From contig JBGQLG010000004.1 in NCBI GenBank assembly GCA_041499965.1, positions 15,103 through 79,102 of the forward strand: a DNA stretch of 64,000 nt, given 5' to 3'. Below are positions 22,434 to 30,417 of the stretch, one piece after another. A program made the position numbers and the translations under genes. How positions within the stretch are numbered: position 1 is the stretch's first letter; every line of letters starts with the position of its first letter. The DNA comes from Candidatus Methylomirabilia bacterium. Its GTDB lineage: Bacteria; Methylomirabilota; Methylomirabilia; Rokubacteriales; CSP1-6. The notes under the pieces were generated by a model, which was given only the letters and a program-made list of their open reading frames with translations, was not told where the DNA came from and did no database searches.

Positions 22434-23255
22434 TCAGCCCCTGGACTCGCGCTCAGGATTGGCGACCCGCACCCACGCCAGGAGGCTGATTCCAGCCAGG
22501 AACGTCTCGCGGCGCTCGAGAATCTCGAACCCCGCGGCGCGGAGGACGGCATCGAACTGCTCGCGGTTCAGATAGCGGGGACGGACGCCCCGGAACGCGT
22601 CGAAGAGTGCGGTCGGGAGCAGCCAGCGCAGCGCGCGAATCGCCGCCCACCAGCCGCGCCGGCGCCGGACCTCGGCGAACGTGCGCAGGACGTGCGCTCG
22701 GCGCGCGTAGGTGAGGAACACGATGTGGCCGCCCGGCTTGAGGGCGCGTCGGCAGGCGGCCAGCAGGGCGGCGGGGTCCGGGTGCCAGTAGAGCGTGTGC
22801 ATGCTGACGAGCACGTCGAAGCCGCCACCGGCCGGCGTCGCGTCGCGCGCGAGGTCGGCATGCTGGAAACTCAACGACAGGTCGGTATCACGATGATGAC
22901 GCCGGGCGACGTCGACGAGATGCTGCACCGCATCGACCCCGACGACCGTCCAGCCCCGCCGGGCGAGACGTGCGGCCACCGTGCCGATGCCGCACGATAC
23001 ATCCAGTACGCGCGTGGCCGCCGGCGCACCCGGCCGCGCTCCGCGCTCGACCAGCCCGATGACCTCGTCGACGAGCGCTTCGTAGGGCTGGAACCCGCGG
23101 ACGATCGCGTCGTAGGTGAGACCGTAGCCGACGGCGATCAGCCGTTCAACCGCGGGCTGGAACGGCATGTGCGCCCCCGTGGCTCCACCGACCGGAGGAG
23201 CCAGCAGGCCCGTGGAGGCCGGCGATGCCGCCGAGCCGGAAGACTTGCGCCCCAC
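22434..23255 (-). CDS. class I SAM-dependent methyltransferase (paralog 2)
   Basis: VLDVSCGIGTVAARLARRGWTVVGVD motif I. LKPGGHIVF. Confidence 0.8.
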   Translation of the reverse strand: MGRKSSGSAASPASTGLLAPPVGGATGAHMPFQPAVERLIAVGYGLTYDAIVRGFQPYEALVDEVIGLVERGARPGAPAATRVLDVSCGIGTVAARLARRGWTVVGVDAVQHLVDVARRHHRDTDLSLSFQHADLARDATPAGGGFDVLVSMHTLYWHPDPAALLAACRRALKPGGHIVFLTYARRAHVLRTFAEVRRRRGWWAAIRALRWLLPTALFDAFRGVRPRYLNREQFDAVLRAAGFEILERRETFLAGISLLAWVRVANPERESRG

Positions 23256-23258
23256 GGG

Positions 23259-24062
23259 CTACGCCTCGCTCTCCTTCTTGGCCAGCACCAGAACGCTGGC
23301 GCCGTTGAGGAAGGTCCGCCGTGTCTCGAGGACGGTGAATCCGGCCGTCCGCAGGTTGGCGCCGAAGGTCGTCTCGTTCCAGTAGTGCGGGCCGACCCGG
23401 CGTCGGGTCGCCTCGAACAGCCAGTGCGGGAACAGCCAGAGCAGCAGGCAGCGCAGTGCCGCGGCCGTTCCCTCGGCCTGGCGTAGCTCCTGGAACGTGG
23501 CACGCGGGCGGACCGCACCGGTGTGATTGACGAAGATCGCGTGGCCGCCGGGCTTGAGCACGCGCCACGCGTGAGTGAGCACGGCCTGGGGATCGGCATG
23601 CGCGTAGAGGGAATGGACGTTCACGACCTGGTCGAACGATCCGTCGCGCAGCGTCGCGGTCGGCAGGTCACCCTGCGTGAACGCGAGATTGGCCAAGCGC
23701 TTGGCCCGGCGCTTCTCTCGCGCGAGTTCGACCAGCGCGCCATACGGTTCGAGGCCGAGCACCGAAAAGCCAGCCTCGGCCAGTACGAACGTGAGATTGC
23801 CAGGACCGCAGCCCACGTCGAGCACCTGGAACGCGCGCCGGTCAGGCGAGGTGGCCTTGGCCGCCGTCTCCACCAGCTCCAGCACCTCGGCCTGCAGCCG
23901 CTGGTAAGGGGCGAACTGCTCGAAAATATAGTCGTACACGAGCCCGTAGCCGATCGACAGCATCCGGTCGATCGTCCACTGGAACCCGCCCTGCAGAGAC
24001 CCCATGACCACCTCCGCCGGGACCGGGGCATCGGCGTGCGCGCTGGTCCGTGGGTGCATCAT
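23259..24062 (-). CDS. class I SAM-dependent methyltransferase (paralog 1)
   Basis: VLDVGCGPGNLTFVLAEAGFSVLGLE. LKPGGHAIF. Shares an N-terminal IGYGL.YD block with the adjacent gene. Confidence 0.8.
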   Translation of the reverse strand: MMHPRTSAHADAPVPAEVVMGSLQGGFQWTIDRMLSIGYGLVYDYIFEQFAPYQRLQAEVLELVETAAKATSPDRRAFQVLDVGCGPGNLTFVLAEAGFSVLGLEPYGALVELAREKRRAKRLANLAFTQGDLPTATLRDGSFDQVVNVHSLYAHADPQAVLTHAWRVLKPGGHAIFVNHTGAVRPRATFQELRQAEGTAAALRCLLLWLFPHWLFEATRRRVGPHYWNETTFGANLRTAGFTVLETRRTFLNGASVLVLAKKESEA

Positions 24063-24071
24063 AGCCTCCCG

Positions 24072-24449
24072 TCAGGCGCGATCCGCCAGGACCTTCTCCA
24101 CAGTCCCGCGCAGCTCGTCGGACGTGAACGGCTTGAGGAGAATCGCGTGAAAACCCATGCGGTTGGCTTCATCGATGATCTCGGGGGTGCCGTGACCTGT
24201 CACCAGCACCACGGCCATGCCGGGGTGCAGCGTGCGGGCCTGCTGAAAGACCTCGAACCCGGTCATCCCGGGCATCTTGTAGTCGAGGACCATCAAATCG
24301 AATGGTTCTTTTCGCATCAACTCCACTGCGGTCTCGCCGCGGTTGGCGCCCTTGACGGCGTACCCGAGCGCCTGGAGGACGTTGACGCACAGGACGACGA
24401 CCGGACCGGCGTCGTCGACGATCAGGATCTTGGTCTTGGCCGGGCTCAA
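24072..24449 (-). CDS. single-domain response regulator (CheY-like)
   Basis: ILIVDD...LMVLDYKMPGMTG...LLKPF. Confidence 0.85.
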   Translation of the reverse strand: MSPAKTKILIVDDAGPVVVLCVNVLQALGYAVKGANRGETAVELMRKEPFDLMVLDYKMPGMTGFEVFQQARTLHPGMAVVLVTGHGTPEIIDEANRMGFHAILLKPFTSDELRGTVEKVLADRA

Positions 24450-26044
24450 TTCGCCTGGGCCAACGCAGGCGAGTCGGTCGCGCTGCCGCTCGTGAGCGTT
24501 TCGTAGTGCCGGGTGATCTCTTCCAGACGCTCCAGCGGGACCCTGAGGAAAGCCTCGACCACCGCCGGGTCGAAGTGCGAGCCGACGCCGCGCGAGATCT
24601 CCTCGCGGGCCTCACCCAGCGCGAGCGCCGTGCGATACGGCCGGTTCGAGGTGATCGCGTCGAAGACGTCGGCTACCGTGACCACCCGCGCGACGATCGG
24701 GATGTCCTCAGCCCGCAGGCCGTCGGGATAGCCGGTGCCGTCCCACCGCTCGTGGTGGTGACGGACCGCGCACGTCTCGCGGGCCAGGAATCGCAGGGGC
24801 TCGAGGATCTTGGCCCCGACCACCGGGTGGCTCTTGATGATCGTGAACTCCTCGGCGGTGAGCCGCTCGGGTTTCCGCAAGATCGTGTCCATGATGGACA
24901 GCTTGCCGAGGTCGTGCAGCATCGCCCCCCGCCGGACCACTTCCACCATCTCCAGCGTCATGCCCATCGTCTGCGCGATCTCGGCGGCGTAGAGCGCCAC
25001 CCGGGCGGAGTGACCCTTGAGGTACCGGTCCTTGGACTCGATGGCGTTGACGAAGGCCGTGATGGTGTCGACGAGGTTGCGCTCGACGTTCTCGCGCAAG
25101 ATCAGCTTTTGCAGCGCCACGGCCGTGCTCTGGGCGTAGCCCAGCAGCATGTCGCGCTCGTCCGGCAGGAAACCGCCGGTGGTCGCCTCGCGGGCGAGGC
25201 ACACGATGCCCATGGTGTGCCCCACCCCGGGGATGACGGCCGCCATCGCTTCGAGCGGCTCGCCGGCGATGGTGACACCGAGCGTCTCGCGTCTGCCGCC
25301 GGCGACCATATCCTCGAATGACCGCTGCAGTGACGTCAGCAGCCGCGTCACCAGCGGGCCGGCGCCCTGCTGGCTGCAGCCGAAGGCGCCCTGCTCGTCG
25401 CGCAGGAGCACGAGGGCCGCGTCGCTCTTGATGCTCTGTCCGATCAGGCCGAGCACCTCGTCCATGAACGCCGAGGTCTCGAGCCCCTGTAGGGCCAGGT
25501 CGCCGATGCGGAACATCACCTCCACGCCGGACTGCCGGCGCGACAGCTCCTCCGTGAGCCCGGCCGGCAACGGCACCTGGCCGTCCCACTTCAGACGGTC
25601 GGCCCGGATGCGCACCAGCAGCTCCTGGACCTCGCGGATCGAGAAGGGCTTCGGCAAGTAGTCGTAGGCGCCGTGGCGCAGGCCAAAGACCGCCGAGTTG
25701 ACCGAGGGGTTGCCGGTGATGAGCACGACCGGTGTCGCCGGCTGCTTGCCCTTCACCGCGCGGAGCAGATCCAGGCCCGACAGCCCCGGCATTTTGATGT
25801 CGGACACGACGAGATCGAAGGCGTGCGCGGTGATCAAGGTCAGCGCCTGCTCGGCGGCTGCGGCCTGCGTCACCGTGCACCCGTTGGCCGAGAAGGCCGA
25901 GACGAGAAAGCGCAACAGCGACGCGTTGTCGTCGACCACGAGGACTCGGAGGACCTCGGGGGCGACGGCGCTCGGAGAAACCGCGGGCATGGGCACCAGT
26001 CCTCCTACTTGGCGGCCGACATCTGGCTGAGGAACTCCATCCAC
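24446..26044 (-). CDS. response regulator with HD-GYP c-di-GMP phosphodiesterase output
   Basis: VLVVDDN...DIKMPGLSG REC domain. HD-GYP: LHDLGK and HHERWDGTGYP. ATGA overlap with the CheY gene. Confidence 0.85.
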   Translation of the reverse strand: MDGVPQPDVGRQVGGLVPMPAVSPSAVAPEVLRVLVVDDNASLLRFLVSAFSANGCTVTQAAAAEQALTLITAHAFDLVVSDIKMPGLSGLDLLRAVKGKQPATPVVLITGNPSVNSAVFGLRHGAYDYLPKPFSIREVQELLVRIRADRLKWDGQVPLPAGLTEELSRRQSGVEVMFRIGDLALQGLETSAFMDEVLGLIGQSIKSDAALVLLRDEQGAFGCSQQGAGPLVTRLLTSLQRSFEDMVAGGRRETLGVTIAGEPLEAMAAVIPGVGHTMGIVCLAREATTGGFLPDERDMLLGYAQSTAVALQKLILRENVERNLVDTITAFVNAIESKDRYLKGHSARVALYAAEIAQTMGMTLEMVEVVRRGAMLHDLGKLSIMDTILRKPERLTAEEFTIIKSHPVVGAKILEPLRFLARETCAVRHHHERWDGTGYPDGLRAEDIPIVARVVTVADVFDAITSNRPYRTALALGEAREEISRGVGSHFDPAVVEAFLRVPLERLEEITRHYETLTSGSATDSPALAQAN

Positions 26045-27450
26045 TGCCGCGTCAGCACACCGTCGTTCGGGAACTTCAGCCCTTCGAAGCCCTGCGGCAG
26101 CGCGGGCGACGCCGGCTTGGCGTCGGCGGCCGCGCGCTCACGGGAGGCCGTCGCCGGGGCGGCCAGCGCAGACTCGAGTACCAGCGCCGGCGGCTCCACG
26201 GGCTTGACGCGCTCCTCGATCACCACCGCCGGCACGATCGCCTTCGGCTCCTCGACCGGCTCGGGAATGCGCGGCTCAAGCATGAGCTCCAGGGGCGCGG
26301 TCACGATCGGCTCGGCGGCCAGGGCCTCGACGGCGGCCTCGAGGACGAGCGGCTCGGCGAGGGTCGGCGCGGTCGCCACGGTGGCCACCGCCTCGTTGAG
26401 GGCGACCTGGGTCGCGGTCGTGGCGCCGAGCAGCGCGGTCGCGAGATCCTTGAACGACACCCGCTCGGGAGCCGGGGCGGTGGCGGTCACCACGTGCGCC
26501 GGCGCGATCGCTGGCACGGCATCCAGTACCGGACGCGCCGGCGGCGCCGGGATCTCCGGCAGTGCCAGCGGCTCGATCGTGGCCTCGGGCTCGATCGAGA
26601 GTTCCAGGGTCTCCACCGCGTCGGCCAGCGATACGATCGGGTCCGGCGCCGCGGCGACGAGAGCTTCGACGACGGGCTCGGCCATCAGCGGCTCCGGCTC
26701 GCGCAGCATCACCGGCTCGGCCGCCGGGCGCGGGCGCTCGGTCCACGGTGCCGTGACGACAGCCTGTCGGCTGACCATGCTGACCACGGGCGCCGGCTCA
26801 CGCGACGGGACCACACGTTCGGCGGCGCGGGGCCCGCCGGTGGGCGCGTCGGGGCTCGCCTGCGTGAGGAGCTTCTGGATCTTGGCGCCGGTCGCGCGCG
26901 CGGCAGCGCCGTTCATCGTGATGACGTTCTCGGCGGCTGGGCCCGTCAGCGAGTCCGGGTCGACCATGCGGGCGCTGGCCGGAACGACAGCCCGGCGGAG
27001 CCGTAGGAGCGACTCGAAGTAGACCGCGGGAACGCCGTCGAACTCCAGGTGGCGGAACTCCACGCAGTCGACCTCGGGGAAGCCGAGCTGCTTGATCTTG
27101 CGGTGGAAGGCGTCAGGCATGCGCTCGACCACGAAGAGCAAGCGCGGCGGCCGGTCCTCCGACACCTGGCAGCTTGGGTAGAGCCGCACCAGCGCCTCGG
27201 GATACTCCAGGCACCACGAATAGGCCTCAACGGCCTTCATGAGCATCTCCTCGTTCGCGGTGAATCCGACTGCGCCCAGCACGAGTGCGCCAACGGCGTC
27301 GACGCCGATCACGTCGATCGTCGCGTGCCCCAGCAGCAGGCGTGCGTCGAGGACGGTGAGGCCGGGCTCGATGGCGTCGAAGTTCTCGACGACCAGTGCC
27401 TGCAGCTTGGCGGCATCCTCGATTCGCAGTTTCCTGATCCCCACTCTCAT
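26005..27450 (-). CDS. hypothetical protein: N-terminal NucS/DUF91-like nuclease-fold domain lacking catalytic E-x-K, followed by a long Pro/Glu/Ala/Val-rich low-complexity region
   Basis: ATG at complement of 27450 is preceded by GAGGAG. LQALVVENFDAIEPGLTVLDARLLLGHATIDVIGVDAVGALVLGAVG follows the NucS pattern (ENxxxIExGL...IDLxxxDxxGxxVVIELK) with ELK replaced by GAV. The ORF-track start at 27528 is unlikely. Confidence 0.6.
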   Translation of the reverse strand: MRVGIRKLRIEDAAKLQALVVENFDAIEPGLTVLDARLLLGHATIDVIGVDAVGALVLGAVGFTANEEMLMKAVEAYSWCLEYPEALVRLYPSCQVSEDRPPRLLFVVERMPDAFHRKIKQLGFPEVDCVEFRHLEFDGVPAVYFESLLRLRRAVVPASARMVDPDSLTGPAAENVITMNGAAARATGAKIQKLLTQASPDAPTGGPRAAERVVPSREPAPVVSMVSRQAVVTAPWTERPRPAAEPVMLREPEPLMAEPVVEALVAAAPDPIVSLADAVETLELSIEPEATIEPLALPEIPAPPARPVLDAVPAIAPAHVVTATAPAPERVSFKDLATALLGATTATQVALNEAVATVATAPTLAEPLVLEAAVEALAAEPIVTAPLELMLEPRIPEPVEEPKAIVPAVVIEERVKPVEPPALVLESALAAPATASRERAAADAKPASPALPQGFEGLKFPNDGVLTRQWMEFLSQMSAAK

Positions 27451-27511
27451 CGCTTTTGGCTCCTCACTCAGATGGGCCGGTCGCCCCGGCTCCGTTCGGA
27501 CCCGGAGAGAG

Positions 27512-27527
27512 AGCAAAGGGGGTACCA
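27512..27527 (-). promoter_or_regulatory. candidate sigma-54 promoter (-24/-12): TGGTAC-N5-TTGCT on the minus strand
   Basis: Reverse complement of 27512-27527 is TGGTACCCCCTTTGCT. GG and GC are spaced as in TGGCAC-N5-TTGCW, with one mismatch. Lies about 60 nt upstream of ATG 27450 and just downstream of the sigma-54 activator gene. Confidence 0.55.
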
Positions 27528-27660
27528 AAGCAGACTGTGACGGACAACCCCAGGAGGGACAAAGCTTTTTGGAGCAGAACGGGGAGGGGCGAGGAGGACA
27601 GGATGGGTGATTCGTGTCCGCCCACGCCAGGTTTTCGTGGGGGGTGTGGCCAGAAACGGG

Positions 27661-29019
27661 TCAGGCTAGGGGGGTGGCTTCCGTCAGCTTCTTGCGCAGG
27701 GTCTGCCGCGTGATTCCGAGGATCTTGGCGGCCTCGCTCTTGTTCCCGTTGGCCTGCCGCAGCACCTTGAGGATGTAAGCGCGCTCGACAGCCTCCAGGG
27801 TCCGGGGCTCGCGGGAAACTTCTTCCGGCAAGGGGCCATCTGTTGCCGCCGCGAACGGCACCGGCATCTGGTCGGCCTCGATCGTGTCGCCTACGCTCAG
27901 GATCACCAGGCGCTCGATCAGGTTCTTGAGCTCGCGCACGTTGCCCGGCCACCCGTAGGCCAGCAGGAGTGACTCCGACTCCGTCGCCAGGCGCTTGACG
28001 GCCTTGTGAAAGGTGCTGTTGGCCTCGGCCAGGAAATGACGCGCCAGGGGCAGGATGTCCTCCCGGCGCTCGCGCACCGGTGGGATCGTGAGCGGGATGA
28101 CGTTCAGCCGGTAGAAGAGGTCCTCGCGGAACTTGCCCTCCTTCACCATCGTCTCGAGGGATCGGTTGGTGGCGGCAATCACCCGGACGTCGACCTTGAG
28201 GTCGCGGGTGCCGCCGACGCGCTTGAAGGTCCGCTCTTGCAGGCAGCGGAGCAGCTTGGCTTGGCTGGCCAGCGGGATCTCACCGACCTCGTCCAGGAAG
28301 AGCGTGCCGCCGTCCGCCAGCTCCATGAGGCCCTTCTTCGTGCTCTTGGCGTCGGTGAAAGCGCCCTTCTCGTGGCCGAAGATCTCGCTCTCGAACAGCG
28401 TCTCCGTGATCGCGGCGCAGTTGACCTCCATGAACGGCGAGTTGCGGCGGGCGCTCTCGTAGTGCAGCCCACGGGCGACCAGCTCCTTGCCGGTGCCGCT
28501 CTCCCCCTGCACGAGGATCGTGTGCGCCTCGCTCTGGGCCAGCTGCGTGATCACTTCGCGAAGCCGGCGAGTCGACGTCGACTCCCCGACGATCTGGTTC
28601 GTCCGGTACTTTCCCTCCTGCAGGCCTTGCAGCCGGGTGATCTCGCGGCGCGCCTTCACCTCGTCGAGCGCCCGGGTGACCGTGATACGCAGTTTCTCCA
28701 GATGCTGGAACGGCTTCTCGAGGTAGTCGGTAGCGCCGTTCTTCATGGCGATCACGACGCTTTCGATGTGACCGAAGGCGGTGATCATGATGACCGCGGT
28801 CTGCGGGTGCCGCGCGCGCATCTCCCGCAGGACCTGGATCCCGTCGATGTCGGGCAGGCGCAGGTCGACGAGGGCCACGTCGGGCTCCACCTGGTCGGCG
28901 ATCTCCAGCCCGTCCTTGCCGGTGCCGGCGGTGTGGACCTCGATGTTGTCCTGCCCGAGGACGCGGGATACCAGAGAACGAATGTTGCGCTCATCGTCGA
29001 TCACGAGGACTGAATTCAT
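27661..29019 (-). CDS. sigma-54-dependent Fis-family response regulator (NtrC-like: REC-AAA+-HTH)
   Basis: GESGTGKE Walker A. ESELFGHEKGAFTDA (GAFTGA-type). C-terminal Fis-type HTH (EAAKILGITRQTLRKKL). Confidence 0.9.
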   Translation of the reverse strand: MNSVLVIDDERNIRSLVSRVLGQDNIEVHTAGTGKDGLEIADQVEPDVALVDLRLPDIDGIQVLREMRARHPQTAVIMITAFGHIESVVIAMKNGATDYLEKPFQHLEKLRITVTRALDEVKARREITRLQGLQEGKYRTNQIVGESTSTRRLREVITQLAQSEAHTILVQGESGTGKELVARGLHYESARRNSPFMEVNCAAITETLFESEIFGHEKGAFTDAKSTKKGLMELADGGTLFLDEVGEIPLASQAKLLRCLQERTFKRVGGTRDLKVDVRVIAATNRSLETMVKEGKFREDLFYRLNVIPLTIPPVRERREDILPLARHFLAEANSTFHKAVKRLATESESLLLAYGWPGNVRELKNLIERLVILSVGDTIEADQMPVPFAAATDGPLPEEVSREPRTLEAVERAYILKVLRQANGNKSEAAKILGITRQTLRKKLTEATPLA

Positions 29020-29163
29020 GACTGGATCGATTGTAGCCGAACCGGGCCCCCGTTAAGAAACCTACCATGTGGTAATGAAATTCCCGGGTCGTACCACCCA
29101 TCACTGAGCCGGCAATGACCTGTAAACGCCAACATATCAAGACATATTTGCCGAAAACACCTA

Positions 29164-29180
29164 TGGCACGGCTCTCGCTT
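29164..29180 (+). promoter_or_regulatory. candidate sigma-54 promoter TGGCACG-N4-TCGCT upstream of the GAF-GGDEF gene
   Basis: Perfect -24 TGGCAC with the GC dinucleotide at the correct -12 spacing (TCGC versus consensus TTGC). Only about 15 nt before ATG 29195, so it would be leaderless or the true start lies downstream. Confidence 0.4.
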
Positions 29181-29194
29181 GACGAAGTGCTCCG

Positions 29195-30274
29195 ATGACT
29201 GATCTGCCGACGGGTCGATCCAGAGACGAAGCACGAGTGGCGACCGAGCGCCTCAAGCAGCTCATCGCCATCGGCATCGCGCTGACCAGTGAGCGCGAAC
29301 TGTCGAAGCTCCTCGAGCGGATCGTCGGCGAGGCCCGGCGCTTCGCCAACGCCGAGACCGGCGCCCTCTTCCTTCGTGACGGCGACGCGCTGCGCTTCGC
29401 CGTGGCGCAGAATGACGGGCTGCTCGAGCGCCTGGGCGAGCGCGAGATGCGGCGCCACTTCGCTGCCGAGCCGCTCACGCTCGCCCAGCCGAGCCTGGCC
29501 GGTTACGTCGCGCTGACCGGTCGTCTGGTCAACCTCCCCGACAGCGACGAGGCGCTGCAGGACCAGCCCTACGCCTTCAACCGCGAGCTCGACGCCCTGT
29601 TTCGGTACCAGACAGGCTCGGTGCTCGTGGTTCCGCTCCAGGAACCCAAGGGCGAGGTGATCGGCGTGCTGCAGCTCGTCAACGCGCGCAACGACCACGG
29701 CGAGGTCGTGCCCTTCGAAGCCGAGCTGGAGGGCCTGGTCCAGGCGCTCGCCTCCCAGGCCGCGGTGGCCATCCGCAACGCCCGGCTCGAGGAACTGTCG
29801 TTCAAGGATCCTCTCACCGGCGTCTACAACCGTCGGCACTTCGCGCTCCGCATCGAAGAGGAGGCCAGGCGCCACGCCCGCTTCGGCGAGCCGCTCTCGC
29901 TGGTCCTTCTCGACCTCGACCGCTTCAAGCAGATCAACGACGAGCTGGGGCACGCGGCCGGCGACGACACGCTGCGCGAGTCGGCCCAGCTCATCGTGGC
30001 CAACTCGCGCAGCTTCTCGGTCGTGACCCGCTACGGCGGCGACGAGTTCGCGGTGCTCCTCGTCAACACGCCCAAGGCCGGCGCCGTCAAGTACGCGCGC
30101 CGCATCAAGGACGTGATCGAGCGCCATCGGTTCGTGCACGGACCGCTCACGGTCAGCGTGGGGATCGCCGCGCTGCCCGAGGACGTGACGCACAGCGCGG
30201 ACCTCGTGCCGGCGGCGGATCGCGCACTCTACGCGGCCAAGCGTCTCGGCCGGAATCTCATCGAAGTCGCATAG
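29195..30274 (+). CDS. GAF-domain diguanylate cyclase (GAF-GGDEF)
   Basis: LDLDRFKQIND, RYGGDEF, LYAAKRLGRN. Confidence 0.85.
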   Translation: MTDLPTGRSRDEARVATERLKQLIAIGIALTSERELSKLLERIVGEARRFANAETGALFLRDGDALRFAVAQNDGLLERLGEREMRRHFAAEPLTLAQPSLAGYVALTGRLVNLPDSDEALQDQPYAFNRELDALFRYQTGSVLVVPLQEPKGEVIGVLQLVNARNDHGEVVPFEAELEGLVQALASQAAVAIRNARLEELSFKDPLTGVYNRRHFALRIEEEARRHARFGEPLSLVLLDLDRFKQINDELGHAAGDDTLRESAQLIVANSRSFSVVTRYGGDEFAVLLVNTPKAGAVKYARRIKDVIERHRFVHGPLTVSVGIAALPEDVTHSADLVPAADRALYAAKRLGRNLIEVA

Positions 30275-30417
30275 CACTCCTCGGGCGGGCTCGCGCGCCG
30301 TCTTCGCCGGCCGCCGTATACTCCGGGCATGGACAGCGAGGAGCGCAGGCGCGGGGCTCGGCGCCCACGAGCGACTGACGTGCCGCAGCCGCCCCGGACC
30401 AGCGAAGGATTCCCCGG

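Noticed and set aside
22396-22437. Two copies of the palindromic 9-mer ACTGATCAG 25 bp apart at the 3' end of the methyltransferase operon
   Set aside because: Short and partly overlapping the stop codon of the second methyltransferase. Could be a terminator or restriction-site coincidence. Too little evidence to call a feature.
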